Of a stretch of DNA of 45,283 nt, positions 19,574 through 29,043 are shown one piece after another. A program made the position numbers and the translations under genes. The DNA comes from a virus (taxonomy: Duplodnaviria > Caudoviricetes), in IMG/VR virus record IMGVR_UViG_3300032270_001188, positions 1-45,283 of that record; one strand, given 5' to 3'. Every line of letters begins with the position of its first letter. The stretch's first letter is position 1. The notes beneath the pieces were generated by a model. The model worked only from the letters and a program-made list of their open reading frames with translations. It was not told the origin of the DNA and searched no databases.

Positions 19574-20083
19574 TTACGCTTCTACCACCGTTGGAACGCT
19601 TACGTCGCTAATTGAGAATGTCAAGGCAAAAGTTGTTGGAGCACCCGAGGACGAGTCGCCATCTGGCTCTGTAAGTCCAACGAGCAAGGCATCCTTGTAT
19701 ACACGATCATTTTTCTTGTCTGACAAACCACAGTTGTAGGTTTGAATGGTTACATCGTAAAAACCGACACCAACAAACTGTCGAACAGTACGAATGGCTG
19801 ACTGAAGTCCACCTGCGGCCGCATCGTCATCGTAGTGAGCGGTTACGGTGATGTCGCCGATTTCTGCTGGAGCACAAAGGACCGTTGGGCGCGATTTCCC
19901 ACCTTCGTAGATTTTTTCTACCGAGGCAGTGATTTCTCCGCCAGACACTTGGGCGAACTGAAAAGGGCTATTGCCTATTTCAAACTTGGGAGGAGTTACC
20001 GTGGCGGTGCCAGTACCGAAACTGGTGTTAACCGTGCTAGGCGATATTGTCGCTAGTACTTGCCTTTGTGCTACTTTTGCCAT
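19574..20083 (-). CDS. Tail tube protein (169 aa)
   Basis: Directly after the sheath; FAQVSGGEI...EIGDITVT...PDGDSSS...FALTF; GGAGG RBS. Confidence 0.8.
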   Translation of the reverse strand: MAKVAQRQVLATISPSTVNTSFGTGTATVTPPKFEIGNSPFQFAQVSGGEITASVEKIYEGGKSRPTVLCAPAEIGDITVTAHYDDDAAAGGLQSAIRTVRQFVGVGFYDVTIQTYNCGLSDKKNDRVYKDALLVGLTEPDGDSSSGAPTTFALTFSISDVSVPTVVEA

Positions 20084-20104
20084 TTTATTTCCTCCGGGAT
20101 CGGA

Positions 20105-21592
20105 TTACGAGGTTACGGATGCTGTGAGAGCAGATTTGATTATTTCAACTTCAATCCGGTCACCAATACTGGATACTCGGATTCCGACTTTTGCTTTTAC
20201 TTTTCCGTCGGCTAGTGAGGCTGTTGGATTAAGTTTAGCATCACATCTTACGGTGTATCCGTAATCAACCCTTTGTCCATTCTGATCGAATGCTTCAAAC
20301 AGTGCACCACCGATTCTATATCCTTCAAGAACGCTGATCAATCGTGCTTCAATATTGGCGAACAAACCGCCACGTCCATCAATGGACGAGAACACTAGGG
20401 GTTCAATAGCGTTGTACGCTTTTGTCACGATTGCATTGACAGTGTCTTGTGACGTGATGTATCTGAAGTTCGTTGTGTCTTGCGACAGTGAACGAGCGCC
20501 ATAAATTCTCACAGTGTTCTGAATAATGCGAATTGCATTGACGCACTCAGTGTCCAGAGCATCGCCATTCGTGCGGTCAATGTCCGTGACCACGCCAACA
20601 GCAAATCTTGCCGTAGATGAGGCGCCAGCAAATGGGTTGTGAGTTCCAATTGTGTTGACATTTCTTGATCGTTTTGCTGCAACGTAACCGTCTGGTGGGA
20701 CCAGTCTGTTGACGCCAGAAACATTTGATGGTGTGTAAACCCAAGGGTAGTACAACGCACCATGCTCAAGGTTTGACTCGTTGGCAATGACTGTTTGGGC
20801 AAATGTTTTTGCCTGAGCAATCGTGTCATCCGAAAGACCGTGGATTATCGCAATTCTGTTGTAATCGTTTGCATGCTCAAGCATCTTGCTGTAAACGACT
20901 TGAGCAGATGATTCTGGACACGCAACAGCACCAGAGCCAAGCGCATCGCCGAATAAGTCAAATCCCGCAGCAAGGAGAGCATCGGTTATTGATGCTGCGT
21001 CAGAATCTCCTGCGGATAGCGCCGTGGCAGACACTGCACCAACTAGTGAGTCTGAAACACCTGCTGATGCAGTAACCAACTTGGAAGCCACAGCATGGGT
21101 GTTGATTTTTCCAATGATTTGGGCATTTGAGGTGCAGTTGCCAGTAGTAGCAATCTGAACATCATCCTCCAAGATCTGAACTGAAACTGTTCCAGCTACG
21201 GTGCCTGCAGTTACGGATGCCTTGATTGAAGTACTCCATGCACCTGGACCATTGGCTGTAAGGATCAAGGCAACGGAGTTTGCGCCAGCCGTAGTACCTG
21301 CGTCTGCATCGGCAAGGCTAAGTGTTCCAGTTGTTGCCGCAGGTCCAGCGACCCGAACAACGTGACACTGTGTGCCACCCTCTTCAAAAAATAATTCCAC
21401 TGTTGGGTGCAAGAGAGCATACGAGATGTAATCACCAAATATATTCTCAAACTCTTCAAGGCTCGATACAAGAACGGCTTGATCTGTTGGTCCGCGCTCG
21501 GCCATACCTACAAAGAATGCCTGCGAAGCTTGTTCAGCTAGGGTTACTGCTGGACCTGTGCGAACTGCTGTTGTAATGACTACGCCTGGCAT
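20105..21592 (-). CDS. Contractile tail sheath protein (495 aa)
   Basis: MPGVVI..., FFVGMAERGP, FFEEGG..CHVVRV, ALYYPWV, VPPDGYVAA, VNAIR..IYGARSL sheath motifs. Confidence 0.93.
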   Translation of the reverse strand: MPGVVITTAVRTGPAVTLAEQASQAFFVGMAERGPTDQAVLVSSLEEFENIFGDYISYALLHPTVELFFEEGGTQCHVVRVAGPAATTGTLSLADADAGTTAGANSVALILTANGPGAWSTSIKASVTAGTVAGTVSVQILEDDVQIATTGNCTSNAQIIGKINTHAVASKLVTASAGVSDSLVGAVSATALSAGDSDAASITDALLAAGFDLFGDALGSGAVACPESSAQVVYSKMLEHANDYNRIAIIHGLSDDTIAQAKTFAQTVIANESNLEHGALYYPWVYTPSNVSGVNRLVPPDGYVAAKRSRNVNTIGTHNPFAGASSTARFAVGVVTDIDRTNGDALDTECVNAIRIIQNTVRIYGARSLSQDTTNFRYITSQDTVNAIVTKAYNAIEPLVFSSIDGRGGLFANIEARLISVLEGYRIGGALFEAFDQNGQRVDYGYTVRCDAKLNPTASLADGKVKAKVGIRVSSIGDRIEVEIIKSALTASVTS

Positions 21593-21604
21593 CGTGCGAC
21601 CTCG

Positions 21605-22036
21605 CTAAATCTCATCGGTTGTTTTTTCGTCAACTATCTCGTTAGTAGATGATACCCAATCTTCGTGCTCAGGTTCAGCAACTAGTGACCCAATCTCACT
21701 AATTTGATCAGATTCAACAATTTCGGGAATTGTTTCTATATCTGATTGCTTTGTTCGGGTTTTCTTCTTTTGTTCCTGCTGAACTTCTGCCTCATCCGTT
21801 TTGGCAGGCTCAACAGATGTTCTCTGTGCGTCAAGTGCTACCAATTTTCCAGAACTGACCAAGGCGGCAATTATGGGGGAGTTTTGAAACTCTCGCAGAC
21901 TCATGGCCGCCGTGGAGTGACCCGACAATCTACGACCGTCAGAATCAATAACCCGAATGTGATCCGATGGGTTGATCAGTATGACCGCATCTGGAAAACT
22001 GGGTTTGGGATTTTGAGGTGTGATGTATTCGAACAT
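21605..22036 (-). CDS. Hypothetical protein (143 aa, acidic C-terminus)
   Basis: Fills the gap between tail terminator-like and sheath genes; no recognisable motif. Confidence 0.55.
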   Translation of the reverse strand: MFEYITPQNPKPSFPDAVILINPSDHIRVIDSDGRRLSGHSTAAMSLREFQNSPIIAALVSSGKLVALDAQRTSVEPAKTDEAEVQQEQKKKTRTKQSDIETIPEIVESDQISEIGSLVAEPEHEDWVSSTNEIVDEKTTDEI

Positions 22037-22052
22037 AGGTTACTATAATAGA

Positions 22053-22706
22053 CTATTCAGAGGGTCTTTCAACGACAAACTTGTCATTTGTATTATCGGC
22101 TGGCAACTCTACGGCTACGCCAAGGGGGTTGTTGGCCTTGTATCCAACTTCAATCTCGCTGACTTCGGCAATATCCTCTCGGTGCACAATCTCGTCAATT
22201 GTTGCGTTGTATGAGATATATGCACCAGCGAGCACCCTGTCACCCTTGAGTAGGGTCAAATCAGAGAATTCTTCACGAATGCTCGTCTGGTCAATTTCGG
22301 CACGGAAGGTCTTTCTGTCGTCATCGGCATTCATGTGGAGGGAATCAAGTAGCGCAGACCTGACAACTACTGTCAGCCGGTCCCTCATCCTTGTGGTGTC
22401 CTCGGAACCCTCGGTTCGTGACCAGACATATGTTCTCATTGAATAGTTGACCCTGTAGAGGGGGTGGATCGAATCCCAACCTATCTGTTCAAATGAGTTG
22501 GTTGATATTACTAGGGTGATAATGGTTGGCCAGTGATCCAAAACCAATGGCTCATGCACAAAGTAATCCTCTGGATCAGGGAGTTCGGCATTGCTTATAC
22601 CCCAGCCATTTCTGTATCTCACCAGCCGCTTTGGAAGTTCTGCTTTTAGATACGTGTTTATGTATTCCTTTGCGAAATGGGGTCCATGCATCAAGTATCC
22701 GGTCAC
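22053..22706 (-). CDS. Putative tail terminator / neck protein
   Basis: Track ORF 22053..22745; likely start is the GTG at 22706 (GTGA overlap with the upstream stop) or ATG 22691. Function from position and the WPTII...YSMRTYVW...LTVVVRSALL pattern. Confidence 0.55.
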   Translation of the reverse strand: MTGYLMHGPHFAKEYINTYLKAELPKRLVRYRNGWGISNAELPDPEDYFVHEPLVLDHWPTIITLVISTNSFEQIGWDSIHPLYRVNYSMRTYVWSRTEGSEDTTRMRDRLTVVVRSALLDSLHMNADDDRKTFRAEIDQTSIREEFSDLTLLKGDRVLAGAYISYNATIDEIVHREDIAEVSEIEVGYKANNPLGVAVELPADNTNDKFVVERPSE

Positions 22707-23182
22707 AGTAGTGACTGCCTTACAGCCGCAGTGTTCCCATGACAAACATAGGTAGCCGCAACCTCGCCCAATCGTGAAGCAAATCCCAAGGGTTCGTAAA
22801 CCACTTTTCTTTTTGGCATTTTTGTTGTTCCGTACTGGTGGAACTTTGCGTATTCAACCTTTGTTCCAAATGTTGCTTCCATGACACCTATCCTATTCGG
22901 TGCAGCATCCAGTGATGTCAAGCTTCTGAATAGGCGACCAGTTCTAATCATTGTTCCGGCACCCGGTTCACGCAAGTTCTTCCATGCAGAATACTGTGGG
23001 TCAAGTGGTGACCACCCCCCTGACGGTAGACCAGCTTGCCGAAAGTTCTCTTCGTTGGCAAAACGGAGCCACTGTTTTGCTCTCCATAAAACTGGTCGCA
23101 TATCATTCGCGCGTTTTTTCATTACAATCATTCTTGCGATTGCTTTTTTGGCGTCAACCGTTATCTTGATGGTGGTCATCAA
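22703..23182 (-). CDS. Phage virion morphogenesis protein (Mu gpG / P2 gpS-like; 159 aa)
   Basis: WSPL...RTGRLFRSL...FGTKVEYAKFHQYGTTKMPKR family signature. Confidence 0.85.
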   Translation of the reverse strand: MMTTIKITVDAKKAIARMIVMKKRANDMRPVLWRAKQWLRFANEENFRQAGLPSGGWSPLDPQYSAWKNLREPGAGTMIRTGRLFRSLTSLDAAPNRIGVMEATFGTKVEYAKFHQYGTTKMPKRKVVYEPLGFASRLGEVAATYVCHGNTAAVRQSLL

Positions 23183-23823
23183 CTAATCCTATTCTTGCGA
23201 TACCTCTTTAGCGTCAACAGTTCGCTTTCCAGAAAACCTGTCTGAAGCGGAGCAACGTTTCTTGTTTCCAAATCCTTCAAACCGACTACATCGTCGTGCA
23301 TGTTTTGCATCTCCCTAGATGCTGCCCTAAGAATAATCAACTTGAATGCTGCAATAGAAGGACCATCGACTCCACCCGTGTACGTCACGGTTACTGTGTC
23401 ATTTGCGTATGCAACAAAAACCTCAACACCATACCCTCGGACTATGTAATCCTGGTCTACAACAAGAGTTCTCACTGTGCCCCTAAATGGTTTGTGTGTC
23501 ACAGAAGTAACCGTAACCACTGGTGTGTTTTTCAGGTAAACGGTCTGGTTTGGCTCCAACAGGGTTGATGATTGAACCTGACTATCGTAAAATGAGTCTC
23601 CACTCGGATTATCGTTCGTGAAAAAAGATGATGCCGGGATTCCCGAATCACTACTTGGGATGACATATACCTCCGTAAAGGGGAGAACCTCTAGAGGCCT
23701 GCGCAGGTACATTTCAAGTTCGCTCTGCAATCCTTCCAACACCATGTCTGCGGCATCCAATTGTCTGTTCGTCAGACTTATGTCCATATAGGTTTTCAGG
23801 TCTGCTGCTGTCACTAAAGCCAT
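23179..23823 (-). CDS. Head-tail connector / adaptor (gp6-like; 214 aa)
   Basis: MALVTAADLKTYM, PVVTVTSV, VTVTYTGG, LLTLKRYR motifs. Confidence 0.8.
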   Translation of the reverse strand: MALVTAADLKTYMDISLTNRQLDAADMVLEGLQSELEMYLRRPLEVLPFTEVYVIPSSDSGIPASSFFTNDNPSGDSFYDSQVQSSTLLEPNQTVYLKNTPVVTVTSVTHKPFRGTVRTLVVDQDYIVRGYGVEVFVAYANDTVTVTYTGGVDGPSIAAFKLIILRAASREMQNMHDDVVGLKDLETRNVAPLQTGFLESELLTLKRYRKNRIS

Positions 23824-23829
23824 TGTCGG

Positions 23830-24054
23830 TCACCTTCCCAGCACTCGGGCGCGACGTGCCCTTGCTCTTCTGCGCTCAGCAACCTCTTCTCTGGTTTGCC
23901 GTTTAGCGAATTCTAGAACTCTTCCTGGGTTTCTGATGCCTCTTTCCCTACCAAAGGCAAAACCCAAAACACGACCAATTCGCCGAGGAATGCTGACATC
24001 CTCATCGCCTGGTTCCGGAACAAGTGGTTTTGGCATGAGTCTCCCAATATGCAA
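23830..24054 (-). CDS. Small Arg-rich hypothetical protein (start may be 24036)
   Basis: Fills the gap; strongly basic C-terminus. Confidence 0.45.
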   Translation of the reverse strand: MHIGRLMPKPLVPEPGDEDVSIPRRIGRVLGFAFGRERGIRNPGRVLEFAKRQTREEVAERRRARARRARVLGR

Positions 24055-24084
24055 ATTTTGCTATATTGATGTTACCACCTATCA

Positions 24085-24639
24085 CTATCTGTCCCCGTTT
24101 GGTGGAACCTCGATCAGGGGTTCGTCTGCCAATTTGACATCCGATTCAATGGGAACCCAAGCCCTTGAATAGATATGATCCTTGATTGCTCGATGTTTCA
24201 CTATGGTTCCATCCAACAGAACTTCAAACTCATCTAGGGTCATATTGAAGGCTGAACATAAATCCTTCTCTGTGGCAGCCCCAGAAATATGTAGTGTCCG
24301 TACAAGCGCCGACAACCTTTTCGTCACGACAGAACCCCTGCCACGATTCATTTGGATATGAAGAATCATTGCCTCTTGCTCTGTGCAGTCAATTATTGAC
24401 ACTGGCACAGTCTCGCCTGCCGATTCACGAATTTGCTGGTTTTTCAAAACGAGCGAACACCGTTCGTGGCCGTCAATAATTGTCATCCCATCTTTTCTGA
24501 CGAGAATTGGGGAGAGTATTCCGTGTTTGTGAACTGAGCGCGCCAAGACTGCAAGGTCTGGTGAAAGCATATATGTTGCTCGCCATGGTGCGGGATTCAG
24601 TTCGCTTGGTTTGACATGCATGAAATCACTCATTGGCAT
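24085..24639 (-). CDS. ParB/Sulfiredoxin-fold protein, IbrB-like (184 aa)
   Basis: LNPAPW...HGILSPILV...IIDGHER...HIQMNRGRG; coupled to the PAPS-reductase-like gene. Confidence 0.8.
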   Translation of the reverse strand: MPMSDFMHVKPSELNPAPWRATYMLSPDLAVLARSVHKHGILSPILVRKDGMTIIDGHERCSLVLKNQQIRESAGETVPVSIIDCTEQEAMILHIQMNRGRGSVVTKRLSALVRTLHISGAATEKDLCSAFNMTLDEFEVLLDGTIVKHRAIKDHIYSRAWVPIESDVKLADEPLIEVPPNGDR

Positions 24640-25750
24640 CCTTTTTGTCTTGGATTATCTTTCCGGTTTTTGTTCCTGGACCAGCAGGATTTGCAGAAGT
24701 TGTGTGAACTGAGTTCAGCAAGAGTGTTCTGATTAGCGAGTGGATTGGATAGGAATTGGGGTCGTGTGCCATTTTCTTTTTGAAGGTAGAGACATATCGC
24801 CGTGCAGCATTTTGCATCGTTGGACCTATCATGAAATCAGAAATAAACTGACTGACCCCCTCTAGTCCGTTTTGCGAATAAGCCTCAACGACCTTGACGG
24901 AATCAAAGTCTTGCCACAGTCGTCGCTGAGCATCAATTCTTGGATACACCCTCACTAGGTCATCGTAAAACTCTGGTTCAGTTGCAACAACATCACCAAG
25001 GCGACGTATGGCTACGGAGTGAAGTGGTATTCCAACACGCGTGTTTGACCCAGTCATTTCGGCAGAGTCGTAATACTCGGAGTATGTTCCACCAGATTCG
25101 AGAATGAATTTAAACACATCACTGGTCTGCCAGTCGTATATCACTTTGGCGAATTTGAGGGGCAATCCCTTTTTTACACCAAACGGGGTAACTATGTAAT
25201 TCTCGTGCAACTTCTGTACGCATGACCGATAACGAATCATTGACTCGTTCGCACGTACGCCAGTGATAAAAGCCGTACGACCCTTCTTCCCCTGCATGGT
25301 GTAGTAATCAATTGTTTCTTTTAGCGGCTCATCGTGACTCAAGCCAAAGTTTTTCGCTGTTATGGCAAACTCTGGAATCGGTCTCATTAGGCGACCCTCG
25401 CGCTCGCGTTTTCCACTCCAAAGAAGTGCGCTTTCCCTGCGTCCAAGAATCCAAATCTCTGCTCCGTAGGGCAAGCAATACCACTCCATATCCACCCACG
25501 GATATTCCTTTACTTTCATTACGTAGTCCAACACCATCGGGCTGACCATTTCTTCGTCACGAAAAATTACTTTTACTGGACCAAGTCCACGCTCTTCGTG
25601 AACCTCTTTAGCCAAGTAGAGAATGGCAGTTGAGTCTTTTCCACCAGAGAACTGAATGCATACGGTGTCAAAGGTGTCGTAAACGTGACGTATCCTCGCT
25701 CTTGCGGCATCTAGGCATGAAGCATCAAGAAACAGCCTTTGCCGAGTCAC
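24626..25750 (-). CDS. PAPS-reductase / PP-loop family protein, IbrA-like (374 aa)
   Basis: FSGGKDST PP-loop, FRDEE, GVRANESMIR, IYDWQTSDVF motifs. Confidence 0.85.
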   Translation of the reverse strand: MTRQRLFLDASCLDAARARIRHVYDTFDTVCIQFSGGKDSTAILYLAKEVHEERGLGPVKVIFRDEEMVSPMVLDYVMKVKEYPWVDMEWYCLPYGAEIWILGRRESALLWSGKREREGRLMRPIPEFAITAKNFGLSHDEPLKETIDYYTMQGKKGRTAFITGVRANESMIRYRSCVQKLHENYIVTPFGVKKGLPLKFAKVIYDWQTSDVFKFILESGGTYSEYYDSAEMTGSNTRVGIPLHSVAIRRLGDVVATEPEFYDDLVRVYPRIDAQRRLWQDFDSVKVVEAYSQNGLEGVSQFISDFMIGPTMQNAARRYVSTFKKKMAHDPNSYPIHSLIRTLLLNSVHTTSANPAGPGTKTGKIIQDKKDANE

Positions 25751-26484
25751 TAGAACTCACAATGTGCTTCTAGGTATTCAAGCAATCTTTCTGCTGTGGT
25801 GTTTCCATCAATTTCTGGTGTTGACCTAAGCCACTTGACAAAGTCGTACCAGCGACTCTGTTGCTCCACGCTGTCAAACACAATTGTGTACTGGACTACA
25901 GCCGTCGGCTTCTTCGTTCCAGGTATGGCCGTGCTGCCAAGAGTTGCCACATCCATTTCGCTTCCTTTTGGAACAACTGGAGCAACATACTCCTCTTCGT
26001 CTTCAATCATCACTGGGGGAATAAATTCAGTAGACGTAAGTATTTCGCTTTCTGAATTGTTCAGAGAATCCTCTATTGCTGCCATCTCAAATTCATCCAT
26101 ACCGAGACCGGACATCAGGTTGGAATAATCGTGCCCAACCTCGCTGATGAGATTCATGAGCAAATCTTCGTCATACCCACCAAGATCGGATGTTCTGTTG
26201 TCGGCATAGGAAAATGCCATAGCCTTATTTGCATCGCCTTCAAAGACGGTGCAGGCGATTGAGTCCCAACCGAGTCTTCTGGCTGCCTCAAATTGGTGAT
26301 TTCCAGCAATAACCGTGTACTTCCCATCATCGTTTTGTACGACGACTATCGGCTTTACTTGTCCGAATTCCTTGTATGACGCTGCGATTGCATCAACATC
26401 ACCACGGCGAGGGTTGTCCTTTAGGGAAACAAGACTGCCAATTGGTATGGAAAGGGAAACTAAAGATTCATGGATTCCGTTCAT
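25750..26484 (-). CDS. ParB N-terminal domain protein (244 aa)
   Basis: NPRRGDVDAIAASYKEFGQVKPIVV...IAGNHQFEAARRLGW...ADNRTSDLG. Confidence 0.85.
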   Translation of the reverse strand: MNGIHESLVSLSIPIGSLVSLKDNPRRGDVDAIAASYKEFGQVKPIVVVQNDDGKYTVIAGNHQFEAARRLGWDSIACTVFEGDANKAMAFSYADNRTSDLGGYDEDLLMNLISEVGHDYSNLMSGLGMDEFEMAAIEDSLNNSESEILTSTEFIPPVMIEDEEEYVAPVVPKGSEMDVATLGSTAIPGTKKPTAVVQYTIVFDSVEQQSRWYDFVKWLRSTPEIDGNTTAERLLEYLEAHCEF

Positions 26485-26834
26485 ACCTGAGCCCTAACAT
26501 TTGCATTGAGGGTTCTCAGAGCATCCACTTGCGTTCTCAGGGAAAGCAGTTTTTCTCGCTTGGCTTTAACTAGTGCTTCTGCGCACTTGTAGTCAAAATC
26601 CATATCGGCAAGTTTGTAATCTGCCCAAGCTTCTCGTTCACGTATTGAGCCTTTGGCAGATAGGTATTCCTTTGCCCATTCACCTTTCAATCTAGATTCT
26701 TTTCTTGCACCATCTTCGGCGAGAGATTCAAAGGCTTCGGTATGGTACTCCAGGTCATCAAGCAATTTGATAATTCGCTCCTCAATTTCAACCTGACTAA
26801 TCGGCGATGTTCTAATACTGTGTATCGCAGTCAT
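26481..26834 (-). CDS. Helical coiled-coil hypothetical protein (117 aa; possibly UvsY-like)
   Basis: 4-nt overlaps at both ends; heptad pattern ending VDALRTLNANVR. Function is a guess. Confidence 0.5.
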   Translation of the reverse strand: MTAIHSIRTSPISQVEIEERIIKLLDDLEYHTEAFESLAEDGARKESRLKGEWAKEYLSAKGSIREREAWADYKLADMDFDYKCAEALVKAKREKLLSLRTQVDALRTLNANVRAQV

Positions 26835-27373
26835 TTATTATTTCCTTTCGTAAGTTTCTCTAGTGGTGACCAATCTACCTTTTCCAAGGCATCGGTGTGG
26901 GATTTCGGCCAATCAATTACCGAGAGTCCAAGTTTGAATCGAAGCATTTCCTCTAGCACCCAAGCATCGCAGCGATCCGTACCATCGCCACCATCCCAGA
27001 CAATGCCAGTGCGAACAGATATTGCTGAAACAACTTCTGATTTTCCAGCATTCCCTTTTCCTGTAGCAAACTTTGCCCTACAGGTTGGAGGTATCTCAAC
27101 GAAGGGAACACCAGCCTCATAGAGGGCAAGTCTCATTACTCCACCAAGTTCCCCGATTGAGTGTGCCTGCGAATTTCGTGAGGCGTAGGAGTAGTGCTCA
27201 ATTGATACGCAGTCAACAGAGTTTTCGTTGACGAGATGCAGCAGATCGTTTCGCGCCTCAAGTAGACGCTGAACCCCACGAGATGATTTCCGAATACTCA
27301 CCGTTATTCCAGTAACCGAAATGCCAGTAGATGTAAGGGATGGATCTATGCCCATAGTGATGATCTTGCTCAC
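26831..27373 (-). CDS. ruvC: RuvC-like Holliday junction resolvase (180 aa)
   Basis: GIDPSLTSTG, SIE, GELGG, KFATGKGNAGK, DRCDA catalytic pattern. Confidence 0.88.
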   Translation of the reverse strand: MSKIITMGIDPSLTSTGISVTGITVSIRKSSRGVQRLLEARNDLLHLVNENSVDCVSIEHYSYASRNSQAHSIGELGGVMRLALYEAGVPFVEIPPTCRAKFATGKGNAGKSEVVSAISVRTGIVWDGGDGTDRCDAWVLEEMLRFKLGLSVIDWPKSHTDALEKVDWSPLEKLTKGNNK

Positions 27374-27726
27374 TTATCCCAACTCCATTTTGCCAATCCA
27401 AGATCAACGGCAAGGGCGGGCTCTCTGCCTATTCTGTCATGGCACTTTCTGCACACGGCAAGAACATTCTTTTCATCAAGTATTGACCCTCCTTGGGATC
27501 GCCGAATAAGTTCATGGACATCACGTGACCCGTGTCGGTTGTAGGTTTTGAGTCCATCGTGAGCAGCGAATTTTGGGCAAGCTTCGCAATATGGGCGCTC
27601 AGAAAGAATCTTCGTCACGAATGCTCGACGGTCAACATACTTCGCTTCCATCTTCTTGCTTCTTTTGCGAATTGGACCACCACGCTTTAGTGGTGTTTTT
27701 CGTTTAGGTGGCTCGCCACGTTTCAT
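27370..27726 (-). CDS. HNH endonuclease (118 aa)
   Basis: CEAC...DVHELIRRSQGG...NVLAVCRKCH zinc/HNH pattern. Confidence 0.85.
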   Translation of the reverse strand: MKRGEPPKRKTPLKRGGPIRKRSKKMEAKYVDRRAFVTKILSERPYCEACPKFAAHDGLKTYNRHGSRDVHELIRRSQGGSILDEKNVLAVCRKCHDRIGREPALAVDLGLAKWSWDK

Positions 27727-28229
27727 GCAATATCCGAGGGTTTGATGTCATCAAACTCCCAACGATCCTCTAGGAGTGCCCAGAGTGCTCGGTCAATTAT
27801 TGTTTCATCAATATCGTACTCGTAGAGCATCGCTCGGTGTCTTATTATTCCCCGTTTTAGAAACTCAACACTCTCCCAGCCACTGCTTTGTGCGACCTCG
27901 CCGGTGTCAATCATGGATGCAACTTCATTGAGTCGTCTTTCAACATGAAATCTAAAGCGAGAAATCTTTTTTATTCGCACGTCGTATGATTCGTTGGCCT
28001 GACCAAGAAGTGTCATCCCATCGTTTCCAAATGATGCATACCTGGAAGTGTCTTCGTCTCGTGACCGTTCGGTCATTTCAATTTGTGAGTCAATATTTTC
28101 AAGAAGCACAACTAGGTTCTGCCTCCACCGTTCCCAGTTTTCCTTGGCCAATAATATCTTTCGTTGATTTGGTGAAAGTTTATTCTTTACCTCTTCAGCG
28201 ACGATTTTGGCAAATGTCTGATCGTCCAT
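27723..28229 (-). CDS. Hypothetical helical protein (~168 aa)
   Basis: Track ORF 27723..28361; ATG at 28229 (MDDQTF) avoids a long overlap with the exonuclease gene. Confidence 0.55.
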   Translation of the reverse strand: MDDQTFAKIVAEEVKNKLSPNQRKILLAKENWERWRQNLVVLLENIDSQIEMTERSRDEDTSRYASFGNDGMTLLGQANESYDVRIKKISRFRFHVERRLNEVASMIDTGEVAQSSGWESVEFLKRGIIRHRAMLYEYDIDETIIDRALWALLEDRWEFDDIKPSDIA

Positions 28230-28239
28230 AGGTCTTACA

Positions 28240-29034
28240 TCAACTCCTTCGAGCGCTCCATGCTGGACATGTTCTTTTATAATGACACCAGTCGCACAAC
28301 TTTGAAACCTTTGTGGGAAAATCACCTGTTTTGAGGGCTTGTTGTATTTCGCCATGGACACTCACGACCTTTGAGAGAGTCGCCTCGTCATCGCCATCCT
28401 TGGTTTTTCTAGAAATACTTTTTCCGTCTTTTAGGTATATGAGTTCTACTTCTTTAACAGGTTTGTTGATTGTCTTTTCAACAATGATTTTATACAAAAG
28501 CAACTGGAACCACTTCTGTTCCACATAGGCAGGTCGTGGAAACTTTCCGGTTTTGTAGTCGCTTATTTTCGCACCATCTTCAACTTCGCTAATTCGATCC
28601 ACAAAACCCTTGATGGTAATACCGGGTGCAACCTCAACGAAGTACTCTGCTTCCAATCCGATTGGCGATATGTCATTTGGGTTTTCAATTGCCCAAAGAT
28701 TTTCCACACACCACCAAGACTTCCATCTGAATTCTCGCATCTGTTTTTCGGTGAGACCAATAGCTTCTAGTCGCTCAGGCCACCCACGAACCCAGACCAC
28801 CCGTGACATCTGTTGGGCATTTGCGATGGTTCTTTGTTCGTTCGGAAGTTTATAAAGTTCTTCTAGTATCTCGTGAACGAAATTGCCCATAATCTGGCTT
28901 TCCGTTGATGGCTCGGGGATTAGATCAATTCTGCTGTATTTGTACCGTAAGGGACATTGCTCCCAAGTAGATATAGATGAAGCCGAAAGGTAATTCGGCA
29001 TCTTGGGTTGATCTTGTTGTTCGGTGCTCACCAA
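28240..29034 (-). CDS. PD-(D/E)XK exonuclease, Cas4/RecB/AddB-like with Fe-S cysteines (264 aa)
   Basis: LSASSI..WEQCP, GNFVHEILE, GFVDRI, DYKTG, QLLLY, CDWCHYKRTCP. Confidence 0.9.
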   Translation of the reverse strand: MVSTEQQDQPKMPNYLSASSISTWEQCPLRYKYSRIDLIPEPSTESQIMGNFVHEILEELYKLPNEQRTIANAQQMSRVVWVRGWPERLEAIGLTEKQMREFRWKSWWCVENLWAIENPNDISPIGLEAEYFVEVAPGITIKGFVDRISEVEDGAKISDYKTGKFPRPAYVEQKWFQLLLYKIIVEKTINKPVKEVELIYLKDGKSISRKTKDGDDEATLSKVVSVHGEIQQALKTGDFPTKVSKLCDWCHYKRTCPAWSARRS

Positions 29035-29043
29035 ACAACCTTA

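Noticed and set aside
24626-25750. Auxiliary metabolic cysH for sulfate assimilation
   Set aside because: Length, motifs and coupling to ParB-like genes fit the IbrA-like subfamily; the C-terminal ECGLH motif of true CysH is absent.
28240-29034. Cas4-like gene as part of a CRISPR-Cas system
   Set aside because: No array or other cas genes; adjacency to a Rad52-like annealase indicates a recombination exonuclease.
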